From: Gemmatimonadota bacterium
Lineage (GTDB): Bacteria; Gemmatimonadota; Gemmatimonadetes; Gemmatimonadales; Gemmatimonadaceae
Direction: 5' to 3'
DNA length: 64,000 nt
Assembly (NCBI GenBank): GCA_031372565.1
Contig: JANMLN010000165.1
Location: 1 to 64,000 of the forward strand
Part shown: positions 1 through 8,877 of the stretch, piece by piece
How the letters are laid out: each line of letters opens with the position of its first letter
Position numbering within the stretch: position 1 is the stretch's first letter
Translations under genes and position numbers: made by a program
Notes under the pieces: model-generated
Told to the model about the DNA's origin: nothing
The model's database searches: none
The model's input: the letters and a program-made list of their open reading frames with translations, nothing else

Positions 1-1
1 G

Positions 2-232
2 CTGCCGCCGACGTTCACCCTCACCGAGTTGCAGGAAGTCTACGAGTTGCTGCTTGGCCGGCGGCTGCACAAAGCGAGTTTTCGCCGAGCGTTGCAGGCC
101 GCGTACCTGGTGGAACCGACCGACGAGTGGCGCAGCGAGGGGCGAGGGCGGCCAGCGCAGCTGTACCGCTACGCCCCGCGCCGCCGCCGCCATGGGCGCC
201 GCAGCGTCCGCTTCGACATCCTGGGGCAGTAG
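2..232 (+). CDS. NrtR-type (NUDIX + winged-helix) transcriptional regulator, C-terminal part (5' truncated by window edge)
   Basis: Frame open from base 2: LPPTFTLTELQEVYELLLGRRLHKASFRR...GRGRPAQLY matches the NrtR wHTH pattern (FTL.EL..VYE.I.G..L...NFRR ... GRPA.LY). Confidence 0.8.
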   Translation: MPPTFTLTELQEVYELLLGRRLHKASFRRALQAAYLVEPTDEWRSEGRGRPAQLYRYAPRRRRHGRRSVRFDILGQ

Positions 233-308
233 CGCCCGCTCGCCACGTCCCGCTCGGGCCCGGGCGGCCGTGGCCGACCCGTGACGGATCCTGACTTGCG
301 CGCCGGGG

Positions 309-331
309 TAGATAGTTGCAAAGTGTATCTA
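309..331. promoter_or_regulatory. Palindromic operator candidate TAGATA-N11-TATCTA
   Basis: Perfect 6-bp AT-rich inverted repeat in GC-rich DNA, about 30 nt upstream of ATG 360 and just downstream of the NrtR-like gene. Confidence 0.5.
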
Positions 332-359
332 ACGCCCAATCCCCGGGGGAGCGCAGCCG

Positions 360-689
360 ATGCACGCCTATCTCGACCGCCTCTGTCGTGCCTTGACGGA
401 ACGTGATGCTGTGGCCATCCGCGAGCTCCTGAGCGAGCCGATGGCGGACACCCTGCCCGTGTCGGTGCGCGCCGAAGCCACCGCCTTCGCCGCTCATCCG
501 GCCCGGGACGCGCGCGCGCCGCTGCAGGCGTTCGTCTTCGCGCATCGCATGGCGCAATTGATGGCCGCCACGGGCCGACCGGCGCCGACTTCCGCGCCCA
601 CGCCGAGGCCGCGCAGCGACGAACCGCTCGACGCCGCGCGCCCGGTGCACGCCGCTCCCCGACCCACCCGGCGCGCAACCGCAGCGTGA
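360..689 (+). CDS. Hypothetical protein (109 aa)
   Basis: ATG preceded by GGGGAG, G/C-ending codons, helical N-terminus and Pro/Arg-rich tail; fills the intergenic space. Confidence 0.65.
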   Translation: MHAYLDRLCRALTERDAVAIRELLSEPMADTLPVSVRAEATAFAAHPARDARAPLQAFVFAHRMAQLMAATGRPAPTSAPTPRPRSDEPLDAARPVHAAPRPTRRATAA

Positions 690-704
690 CCGGGGAGCGC
701 GCCG

Positions 705-2174
705 CTAGGGTGTGACGACGGGGCGCCCGTACATGTCCCGCACATCGACCGCACCGACGCGAAGCGCCGTCAGGGCGGGCACGAGCGTGGCCCGATCACC
801 CGCGATCACGATCGTCAGCTTCGACGGATCGATGTAGCGTGCGGCGACACGCTGCACATCGGCCACCGTGACCGCGTCCACCTTGGCCTGATACTTCGCC
901 AACTCCGCCAGTGGAATGCCAAGCGATGCGACGGCGGCAATGCCGTTCGCGACGTCGGCCGTCGATTCGAACCGGTCGGCATAGCCAAGCGTGAGGTACC
1001 GCTTGGCCTTGGCCAACTCCTCGGCGGGCACGGTGTCGCGAATGGCGCGCAGCTCCTTGAGGAACTCGAGCAAGGCCGAGTCGCTCTTGGCCGAGACGAT
1101 CTCGCCTCCCGCCGACCACGGACCCACGTAGCGGCGCAGCGCGAAGTTGCTCGACGCACCGTAACTGTACCCCTTCGTCTCCCGCAGGTTGGAGTTCAAC
1201 CGGCTGGTGAACGAACCACCGAGCACGGTGTTCAGCACCTGCAGTGGGTAATAATCCGGGCTCGCACGATTCACGCCGACCCCCCCGATGCGGAACGACG
1301 ATTGGGCGGCGGCCGGCTTGTCCACGACGACGATCCGGGTGGCGTTCGTCGGGGCGGGCGCCGTGGCCTGGGGGCGCGGCGGCAACGTGGTGCGCGTCCA
1401 GCCACCGAAGAGGCGACGCGCGAGCGCGATGGCGCCCTGCGTGGTCACGTCACCGACGATGATCAACGTCGCGTTGTTGGGCCGATACCAAGTGCGATGA
1501 AAGTCGGCCACGTCATCACGCGTGAGCGCCTCGGTCTCTGCCTGCGTCCCGTTGACGCTGCGTCCGTACGGGTGCGCTTCGCCAAACGTGAGTGCCGCAA
1601 AGGCACGATCCGCCATCGCGGGACCGCGGTCCTTCTCCTGCAGGAGCGCGGTCATGCGTTCGCTGCGCAGGCGCGTGAACTCCTTGCTCTCGAGCGTCGG
1701 ACGCACCACCACATCGGCGAGGAGCGAGAGCGCCGAATCGAGGACGGCCACGGGAGCATGCAAGGAGATGAGGGCCCGATCAAACGCTGCGGTCGTGAAG
1801 AGGCGTGCGCCGAAGAAGGCTTGTTGCTCCGCCACGTCCAGCGCGGTGCGTCCCGGCGTGCCTTCATCAAGCAGGTTGGCCGTGAGCGTGGCGAGCCCGC
1901 CCTTGCCGGGCGCTTCCACATCGCTTCCGGCGCCGACGACGAGCGATACATCGACGACAGGTAGCTCGTGGCGCTCGACAATGATCAGGCGCAAACCATT
2001 GGGCAGCGTGCGCTCGCGCGGCGTGGTCAGGGTCAAGCGCTTTGGCGCGCCAAGCACCGGCGGCTTGCTGCGATCGAACTGCTGCGCGCGGAGGACGGTC
2101 GGCATGAGGAGCAGCGCGGCCAGCGCCCCGCGGGTGCCTGCACGCGAGCGGAGTGAGTGCATGAGTGCGGTCAT
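705..2174 (-). CDS. M16 family peptidase, non-catalytic subunit
   Basis: TLPNGL, GLATLTANLLDEGT (no HxxEH), YRPNNA, LGGSFTSRL..NLRETKGYSYG; signal peptide; ATG 2174 overlaps the upstream stop (TGATG). Confidence 0.9.
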   Translation of the reverse strand: MTALMHSLRSRAGTRGALAALLLMPTVLRAQQFDRSKPPVLGAPKRLTLTTPRERTLPNGLRLIIVERHELPVVDVSLVVGAGSDVEAPGKGGLATLTANLLDEGTPGRTALDVAEQQAFFGARLFTTAAFDRALISLHAPVAVLDSALSLLADVVVRPTLESKEFTRLRSERMTALLQEKDRGPAMADRAFAALTFGEAHPYGRSVNGTQAETEALTRDDVADFHRTWYRPNNATLIIVGDVTTQGAIALARRLFGGWTRTTLPPRPQATAPAPTNATRIVVVDKPAAAQSSFRIGGVGVNRASPDYYPLQVLNTVLGGSFTSRLNSNLRETKGYSYGASSNFALRRYVGPWSAGGEIVSAKSDSALLEFLKELRAIRDTVPAEELAKAKRYLTLGYADRFESTADVANGIAAVASLGIPLAELAKYQAKVDAVTVADVQRVAARYIDPSKLTIVIAGDRATLVPALTALRVGAVDVRDMYGRPVVTP

Positions 2175-3547
2175 CAGTTGGCCCCCCGGACGGCGAGTTC
2201 GGTCTTCCCCTGCGGGACGACGGTCAGCACCACCTTCCCCTTGCCGGCCAACCAGGTGCGTGCGGCGCGCTGCACATCGGCCGGTGTCAGCCGCTCTACC
2301 TCTGCGAGCTCCGCAGCGAGACAGTCCGGCGTCTGACGGGCGGCGAGGCACTGGCCGAGTGCCTGCGCTCGGCCGAGGGAGCTGGAGAGGGCATCGAGCA
2401 AGGATGCGCGCGTCTGGTTCTTGTGGCGCTGCAGCTCACGGTCCGTGGGTCCGGAGGCCGCGAGGGTGGTGATGGCTGAATCGAACGCAGCGGCCAGCAC
2501 ACGCGGATGCACGCCGGGCTTGGGCGTGCCCACCAGCTGAAAGCTGCCCGCGAGACGCTGTGTGGGATTCGACGCGCGAACATCCTGCGCCACCTGCCGC
2601 TCGTAGACGAGCGACCGATAGAGCCGCGACGACTTGCCCTGGCCGAGGATCGCTGCCGCCGCATCGAGCGCGGATTCATCCGCGTGACGGATGGGCACGC
2701 CGCGCCAGGTCCAGCTCAGGCGCGGAAGTTGGACCCGATCCTCCAGCACGAGGACGGTGTCGCGGGCAAGTGGCGGGAGTGCGGTCGCGGTGGAGCGCGG
2801 CGGCGTGGCCGCATTGCGCGGGATCTCGCCGAAGTAGCGCGTCACCATCGCGCGCGCGCTGTCCGGGTTGAAGTCGCCCGAGATGACGAGGATCGCATTG
2901 TTGGGCGCGTAGTACTGGCGGAAGAAGTCCTTGACATCGTCGAGCGCGGCGGCCGAGAGGTCCGTCATGGAGCCGATCGTGCTCCACGAGTACGGATGTC
3001 CGGAGGGCCAGAGGGCGGCCAGCGTGGTTTCGTACGACCGCCCGTACGGCGCGTTGTCGTAGCTCTGCCGGCGTTCATTCTTCACGACGTCGCGCTGGAG
3101 GTCGAGCTTGGCCTGATCCATGGTCGGCAGCAGCCATCCCATGCGGTCGGCGTCGAGCCAGAGCATGAGGGGCAGCGCGTGCGTCGGCCCCGATTCGTAG
3201 TAATCGGTCCGATCCTGGTTCGTGGAGCCGTTGTTCTGCGCGCCGGCAGCCTCGAGCCACTGATCGAACTTGCCGACCGGCACGTTGGACGATCCCATGA
3301 ACATCACGTGTTCGAAGAGATGGGCGAAGCCGGTCCGGCCGACCTTCTCGTCGCCTGATCCGACCTTGAACCACTGGTAGACGGTGACAAGCGGCACCGT
3401 TCGATCGACGTGCAGGATGACGTCGAGCCCGTTGGGGAGCGTGATACGCTCGTGGGGCAGGCTGAGACGAGGCGACGCAGGTTGCGCCGCGCCGAGCGCT
3501 GGCGCGAGCAGACACAGCGCAGAGAGCCAACGGGCGAGTGAGGTGTT
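2174..3547 (-). CDS. M16 family zinc peptidase, catalytic subunit
   Basis: GFAHLFEHVMF (HxxEH), NGST..DRT.Y, VVKNERRQ, YYAPNNA; start inferred at GTG 3547. Confidence 0.92.
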   Translation of the reverse strand, partial: NTSLARWLSALCLLAPALGAAQPASPRLSLPHERITLPNGLDVILHVDRTVPLVTVYQWFKVGSGDEKVGRTGFAHLFEHVMFMGSSNVPVGKFDQWLEAAGAQNNGSTNQDRTDYYESGPTHALPLMLWLDADRMGWLLPTMDQAKLDLQRDVVKNERRQSYDNAPYGRSYETTLAALWPSGHPYSWSTIGSMTDLSAAALDDVKDFFRQYYAPNNAILVISGDFNPDSARAMVTRYFGEIPRNAATPPRSTATALPPLARDTVLVLEDRVQLPRLSWTWRGVPIRHADESALDAAAAILGQGKSSRLYRSLVYERQVAQDVRASNPTQRLAGSFQLVGTPKPGVHPRVLAAAFDSAITTLAASGPTDRELQRHKNQTRASLLDALSSSLGRAQALGQCLAARQTPDCLAAELAEVERLTPADVQRAARTWLAGKGKVVLTVVPQGKTELAVRGAN

Positions 3548-3577
3548 CACGGACGGGAAGGGTTCAAGTTCCAAAGG

Positions 3578-3612
3578 ACAGCGCCCCGGTCATGCGAAGA
3601 CCGGGGCGCTGT
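3578..3612 (-). terminator. Stem-loop after the cold-shock gene
   Basis: 14-bp perfect stem ACAGCGCCCCGGTC / GACCGGGGCGCTGT with 7-nt loop; short T run (CCTTT) follows on the minus strand. Confidence 0.6.
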
Positions 3613-3639
3613 GTGGCACGCAGGCGCACAGCGCGGGAT

Positions 3640-3849
3640 TCACCCCGGCTTGGTCACATCCTTCGCCTGCGGTCCCTTCTGGCCCTGCTCGATCTCGAAC
3701 TCCACCTTGTCCCCCTCGGCCAACGACTTGAAGCCGCTGCCTTGGATGGCGCTGAAGTGCACGAACACGTCGGGTCCTCCCTCGCGCGAGATGAAGCCGA
3801 AGCCCTTCGCGTCGTTGAACCACTTCACAGTGCCGTTGATCCTTGCCAT
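3640..3849 (-). CDS. Cold-shock protein (CspA family)
   Basis: [20 protein letters not shown]...[10 protein letters not shown] (RNP1/RNP2), 69 aa, GAGGG upstream. Confidence 0.97.
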   Translation of the reverse strand: MARINGTVKWFNDAKGFGFISREGGPDVFVHFSAIQGSGFKSLAEGDKVEFEIEQGQKGPQAKDVTKPG

Positions 3850-4050
3850 ACGACGTTCCCTCGTCCCACTGGGACAATCATGGTGAAGCGAGACATCGGG
3901 CACGACGCGCCGGCGTGTCGCGCGCCAGCCGCTCATGCGTCGATATCAGAAGTGCGGCTAGTATAGCGTTTTCTGGCCCGCAACGCACGACCGCCGATCA
4001 CCCGGGGGGTGGTCGGCGGTCACAAACGAGCGTCCTGCGGGTCGGTCAGG

Positions 4051-4263
4051 TCAGGCGGCGCCGGCGATGTAGCGAGCGAATCGGCCGCAGTTCGTGCACG
4101 TCAGCGTCACGTGCGAGAGCGGTGGCGGTGGCGCCTTGTTGGGGTCACGCTTGATCTTCCCGGAGCAGCTCGGACAACTGAGCGCGGCCCCCTGTCGATC
4201 ACTCGTGATGAGGTGGAGGGCCTGAGCCGGATTGAAGGAATTCGGGCGCGGCTTCCGCATCAT
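4051..4263 (-). CDS. Small zinc-ribbon protein (70 aa)
   Basis: Strong SD (TAGGAGGT) directly before ATGATG; CPSC...CTNC motif pair. Confidence 0.7.
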   Translation of the reverse strand: MMRKPRPNSFNPAQALHLITSDRQGAALSCPSCSGKIKRDPNKAPPPPLSHVTLTCTNCGRFARYIAGAA

Positions 4264-4477
4264 ACCTCCTAGAGATGTCCTGTCATCGGCACCACAGTGG
4301 CGCGACGACAGATTTGAGAACGTAATCACAAAATGGCCTAAATTGAAGTCCCCCTTGCACTTGCACGACTATTCCAGAAATCGTCCTACTCGACCGTTGC
4401 GCCAGTCGGACTGGGTAGTCCTCGCATATCGTCATAAACCGCAAGCGGTTGAACCAATCCAGGGCATGCAGCACTGT

Positions 4478-5392
4478 ATGCGAATAGGACCGACAGTCCT
4501 AGACAAGGTCCGAGCAGGCGTCCAGTTCCTGACCGTCGCTGGCCTCCTCATCCTCGGCGTAGCCACTGACGGTACTGCCCAAGCGGCGGGTCCAGCGAAG
4601 GCTGGAAGCCCTGCCACCGCGACCGCTGCCGCGCCGTCTCCGCTGGGGACCGTGCCGGGCCCAGCCGCCGGGGACGGTCCGCCGCCCAAGATCAGTCTCT
4701 CCGCCGACGTGACCGGGTTTGCGTCCTACGGCAATACCAGCGAACGACGCCTTGGCACCCTGCTCTCGGTCGCGCGTGGCGACCGGGTGTGGGAGATGGA
4801 TGCCACCGCGATCGGCACCTACTCTGACGTCGAGACGCCGACGACGCCCTATACGGTAAATCGACGGAGCGGCAGCCTGCTGCTCGCGGTCGACCATCGG
4901 CCGTTCGACGACTGGAGCCCGTTCGCATGGGCCAAGGCAGAAGGCAGCCTCGAATACCGCATTGCGCTCCGCAGCCAGGTCGCGCTGGGGCTCAAGCGCG
5001 TGCTCTATCGAACGCCGGCTGCCGATTCTCTCCTGTCAGAGAGTGTGGCGCTCAGCCTGGCGATCATTCGCGAGGAGACCCGCGCCACCGCCAGCGCACT
5101 CGCCAATCCGGACTTCAGCGTCTGGCGCTGGTCGGCGCGGCTGCGCACGCGTCGAAAGGTCACGCGCGGCATGGAGCTGCTGGCCGATCTCTACTATCGC
5201 CCGTTGGTCGCTGAGGTGAGTCGCTACACGTTGGAGGCCAGCGGCACGGCGACCTTTCCGCTGGCGACGACCGTCGGCCTCGTGGTGCGGTGGCGGCATC
5301 TCTACGACTCCGAGGCCACGCTTCGCGGAGCACGATCCAACAGCGACGGCACCATCAACGTCGGGCTGCGACTCGAGTTTGCTCGCCGGTAG
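4478..5392 (+). CDS. Outer-membrane beta-barrel protein, DUF481-like
   Basis: Signal peptide, Ala/Pro linker, GFASYGNT, alternating beta-strand pattern, terminal strand VGLRLEF; start inferred. Confidence 0.65.
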   Translation: MRIGPTVLDKVRAGVQFLTVAGLLILGVATDGTAQAAGPAKAGSPATATAAAPSPLGTVPGPAAGDGPPPKISLSADVTGFASYGNTSERRLGTLLSVARGDRVWEMDATAIGTYSDVETPTTPYTVNRRSGSLLLAVDHRPFDDWSPFAWAKAEGSLEYRIALRSQVALGLKRVLYRTPAADSLLSESVALSLAIIREETRATASALANPDFSVWRWSARLRTRRKVTRGMELLADLYYRPLVAEVSRYTLEASGTATFPLATTVGLVVRWRHLYDSEATLRGARSNSDGTINVGLRLEFARR

Positions 5393-5422
5393 CGCGCGGC
5401 ACGACTGACCCGCGCTTCGCGC

Positions 5423-6967
5423 TTACCGCGCCGAGCGGACGCCCAGCAGCGCCAGCGCACCGCGCGCGGCGCGCACCCCGTGATCCTGCGCCTCTTCAAA
5501 CAGGGACAGCCCGCTCAGATCGGAGTGGCCGTACCAGATCGGACCCCGCGCCGCAGTGAGCGCGCGTCGCCACGGCGCCGACAGGAAACCAGGCTCCGGG
5601 CGTGCCATGGCGTGGCCGAACCGGCGCAAGTCGACGCGTTCGACAACGCGTCGCAGCGCAGGGTGCGCGCGCTCGAGATCGCGCAGCACCAACTCCGCGG
5701 CGTCCGACCACGAGAGCGCGGCCAGTGTGCGTCGTGCCTCCGCCGGCGTGCCCGAGGTGAGGGCGTGGTAGTACGTCCACACGGTCGGTCCGCGCAGCGC
5801 AGAGAGCCGCTGATGCGTGGCATTCACGTAGCCCAACCCGGGCGAGTCGACAATCGTGTTATCCCACGCGGGGGCGCTGCCGCGCTCCGCGGGCCACTCC
5901 CGCAGTGTCAGATTGGCCACGAGCCACGGCGCGGTCGTCATCGCCGGGGCAGGTCCGAAGTCCGCGACCACGCGCGAGGCCACGAAGATCGGTGCCGCCC
6001 AGATGCAGGCATCGGCGGTGTACTCGGCGTCTTCGGTCCGGACCACGACGCCGCGTCCGCCGCGCCGTCGCGCGACCGCGCGCACCGCCGACCCGGTTCG
6101 CACGCGCGCACCGACCCGTTCCAACAATCGCGCCACGAGCCAGCCGTTCCCCTCGGGCCAGGTGAGCGGTCCCCGCTCGTCCGGTTCGCGCGCCACGAAG
6201 TAGTGGAGTCCGGCCCACGCCGAGGCATCGCGCGCGGGCGTGCCGTAGTCGTCCCGCACGGCGTAGTCGGCGTACCAGCGCAGCGCGCGCGAGCGAAAGC
6301 TCTCGCGGTCGAGCCACTGCGTCAGCGTGAGGGTGTCGAGTGGTGATGACGACGGCCGGCCGTGCGCCGAGGGAATCGTGAACTCGCCCGATGCCCGCAG
6401 GGTGGCGAGTCGCTCCTGAAAGCGCATCCATTCGGCCCGGTCGACCGGAGAGTCGAGCAGGAAGCTCTCGGCACCCTCGTGCCACTCGCCCCGCCAGAAG
6501 AGCCGTTCCTGGGGCGAATGACAGAGTGTGCGCTCGTCCCAGACGCCGTCCTTGAGAACGCCGAGATCGGCAAACAGGTCGCGCGCAGTCGTCGCGTGCT
6601 TGCCCGGCACGGGCACATAGTGCGCGCCCCACGGATACGGGCTCACCGCGTTGGCGCCGCTCTGCGCATTGCCACCGGCCTCGTGGCCGAGTTCGAGCAG
6701 CAGGTAATCGTGAAAGCCCTGCCGCTCGCACCACCACGCCGCCGACAGCCCTGCCATCCCCCCACCGACGATTATCAGCGGAACGCGTCGGCGCTCACGG
6801 ATGGCTCCGAGCGGCGCGTTCGCACGCAGGCGATGTCCAGCGCCGCTCTCATCCTCGGCAAAACCGCCGGTGTAGCCGGGCGACCCTTTTCGCGTGAGTC
6901 CTGCCAACGCGGCCGCGGAGGTCGCCACGAAGGCGCGGCGGGACATCGGACCGAACGAAGGGGTCAC
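5423..6967 (-). CDS. FAD-dependent oxidoreductase (amine-oxidase-like) of the SpeE cluster
   Basis: IIVGGGMAGLSAA Rossmann motif, GGNAQSG, YPWGAHYVPVP, HSDLSGLSLFEEA; SRRAF twin-Arg motif; GTG 6967 overlaps the speE stop (alternative ATG 6946). Confidence 0.88.
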   Translation of the reverse strand: MTPSFGPMSRRAFVATSAAALAGLTRKGSPGYTGGFAEDESGAGHRLRANAPLGAIRERRRVPLIIVGGGMAGLSAAWWCERQGFHDYLLLELGHEAGGNAQSGANAVSPYPWGAHYVPVPGKHATTARDLFADLGVLKDGVWDERTLCHSPQERLFWRGEWHEGAESFLLDSPVDRAEWMRFQERLATLRASGEFTIPSAHGRPSSSPLDTLTLTQWLDRESFRSRALRWYADYAVRDDYGTPARDASAWAGLHYFVAREPDERGPLTWPEGNGWLVARLLERVGARVRTGSAVRAVARRRGGRGVVVRTEDAEYTADACIWAAPIFVASRVVADFGPAPAMTTAPWLVANLTLREWPAERGSAPAWDNTIVDSPGLGYVNATHQRLSALRGPTVWTYYHALTSGTPAEARRTLAALSWSDAAELVLRDLERAHPALRRVVERVDLRRFGHAMARPEPGFLSAPWRRALTAARGPIWYGHSDLSGLSLFEEAQDHGVRAARGALALLGVRSAR

Positions 6968-8460
6968 CGGTTGATCTGCTCGAACTCCCGCTCGTACGTG
7001 CGCACGAGGACCTGATCGTTGAGTCGATTCGGTTCGACCGCCACCTGCCGCATGTCGAGCGGAAAGTCGAACATCGGCCCGAGCTGGCCGAGCGACAGGA
7101 AGCGCAGCCCCGGCGGCAACGTGGGCGGTGCCGCATACGGCGACGATCCCGCGAGGATGAAGCCCCACTCCCCGAAGGATGGCACGTACAGGTGATAAGG
7201 CGCCGTGCTGAACCCGGCCTCCCGCAGCGTGCGCTCGATGCACCAGAACGACGCGCGTGCGAACATCGGCGATGTGCTCTGGACGACGATGCGCCCGTCC
7301 GGTGTCAGGTGCCGGCGGAGCAGGCGATAGAACGCGGTGGTGTAGAGCTTGCCGACCGCGTAATTGGACGGATCGGGAAAGTCGACGACGACGAAGTCGA
7401 AGGCGGCGTCGTTCGCATCGAGCCAGGTGAAGGCGTCGGCATTCACGACGGTCACGCGCGGGTCGCTGAAGGCGCGCCGGTTGAGCGTCACCAACTCGGG
7501 GTGTGTCGTGAAGAGCTGCGTCATGGCGCCGTCGAGATCCACCAGCGTGACGTGCGCGACGCCGGGATAGCGCAGCACCTCGCGCAGCGCGAGGCCATCA
7601 CCGCCGCCGAGCACGAGCACGCGTCGCGCGGCCGGCAACGCGGCCAGCCCGGGATGCACCAGCGCCTCGTGATAGCGATACTCGTCGCGCGAGCTGAACT
7701 GCAGGTGATTGTTGAGGTAGAGGCGCAGGTCGTCCTTCCATACGGTGAGCACGATGCGCTGGTACGGCGTGGTCCGCGCGAAGATGACATCGTCGGCGTA
7801 CAAGCCGCGCTCGGCCGCCGCCATGAGTCGATCGCCCGCAGCGAAGCCGGCCACCAGCGTGGCCAGCACGACACCGCCCACCACCCGGAGCGCACGCGGG
7901 GCGCCGAGGCTGCCCCGGAAGAGCCAGGTGCTCCAGAGCGCGACCACCGCATTCACGATCCCGAAGCCGAGCGCGGAGCGCACGAGACCCAGTTTCGGCA
8001 CCAGGACGAGCGGAAAGAGAATGGAGGCGATGAGCGCCCCGAGGTAATCGAAGGTCAGGACGTTGGCGACGACGTCCTTGAACGAGAATCGTTCCTTGAG
8101 GAGCCGCATGAGGAGCGGCACTTCGAGTCCGACGAGAATACCGATGATGGCCACGATGACGTACAGCGCGAGGCGAAACGCCTCCGTGTACGCGAAGGCG
8201 AGGAAGAGCAGCGCCGAGGACCATCCACCCACCACGGCCACCATGAGCTCAATGGCGACGAACCGGGAGGCGAGTCCGCGCGAGAGGTAGCGGGAGAGCC
8301 AACTCCCGACGCCCATCGATGCGAGATAGACGCCGATCACGGTCGAGAACTGCGTGACGGAGTCGCCGAGCAGGTAACTGGCGAGCGCGCCGGCCACGAG
8401 CTCATAGACGAGCCCGCACGCGGCGATCAGGCAGACGGTGGCAAAGAGCGCCGGCGCCAC
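6964..8460 (-). CDS. speE: Polyamine aminopropyltransferase (spermidine synthase) with N-terminal multi-TM domain
   Basis: About 7 N-terminal hydrophobic helices, then TPYQRI, LQFSSRDEYRYHEAL, VLVLGGGDG, DFPDP, LYT..FY. Confidence 0.93.
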   Translation of the reverse strand: MAPALFATVCLIAACGLVYELVAGALASYLLGDSVTQFSTVIGVYLASMGVGSWLSRYLSRGLASRFVAIELMVAVVGGWSSALLFLAFAYTEAFRLALYVIVAIIGILVGLEVPLLMRLLKERFSFKDVVANVLTFDYLGALIASILFPLVLVPKLGLVRSALGFGIVNAVVALWSTWLFRGSLGAPRALRVVGGVVLATLVAGFAAGDRLMAAAERGLYADDVIFARTTPYQRIVLTVWKDDLRLYLNNHLQFSSRDEYRYHEALVHPGLAALPAARRVLVLGGGDGLALREVLRYPGVAHVTLVDLDGAMTQLFTTHPELVTLNRRAFSDPRVTVVNADAFTWLDANDAAFDFVVVDFPDPSNYAVGKLYTTAFYRLLRRHLTPDGRIVVQSTSPMFARASFWCIERTLREAGFSTAPYHLYVPSFGEWGFILAGSSPYAAPPTLPPGLRFLSLGQLGPMFDFPLDMRQVAVEPNRLNDQVLVRTYEREFEQINR

Positions 8461-8469
8461 GATCCGCGC

Positions 8470-8679
8470 CTAGTGGATGCTCGCCGCGATGATGATGGAG
8501 ATCCCGATCCCCATGCACCCCATGAGGACGGCGATGGCCATGTTCTTTTGCTGCAGGATCTCGTTCCAGAGGTGCCCGGGGGTGAGCTTGTCGACGGCAA
8601 CGAAGGTGCCGAACAGGATCACGATACCGAGCACCGCGTAGACGACGCTCGCGGTGACATTCTTGACGAGGGTGTCCAT
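8470..8679 (-). CDS. DUF350-like small membrane protein
   Basis: Two TM helices with DKLTPG.LW.EI...KN.A.A motif; AGGAG SD. Confidence 0.88.
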   Translation of the reverse strand: MDTLVKNVTASVVYAVLGIVILFGTFVAVDKLTPGHLWNEILQQKNMAIAVLMGCMGIGISIIIAASIH

Positions 8680-8691
8680 GACGTCAGCTCC

Positions 8692-8877
8692 TCACTTGCC
8701 GTAGGTGGACCGGGTGCCGTAGTACGTCGATCGATAGGAGCCCGGGTTGTTGCGGATCGAACGGGGGTCGCCGTTGGATTGTTGCGCCGAGGCGAAGGTG
8801 AAGCCGCGATACTCGAGCACGGCCGCACCGATCAGCACGACCACGCCGAATGCGAGGTACCCACGAGGGAGTGTCAT
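8692..8877 (-). CDS. Small single-TM protein (61 aa) ending in GK
   Basis: ATG 8877 overlaps the upstream TGA; MTLPRGYLAFGVVVLIGAAVLEY...PRSIRNNPGSYRSTYYGTRSTYGK; exactly fills the operon gap. Confidence 0.75.
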   Translation of the reverse strand: MTLPRGYLAFGVVVLIGAAVLEYRGFTFASAQQSNGDPRSIRNNPGSYRSTYYGTRSTYGK

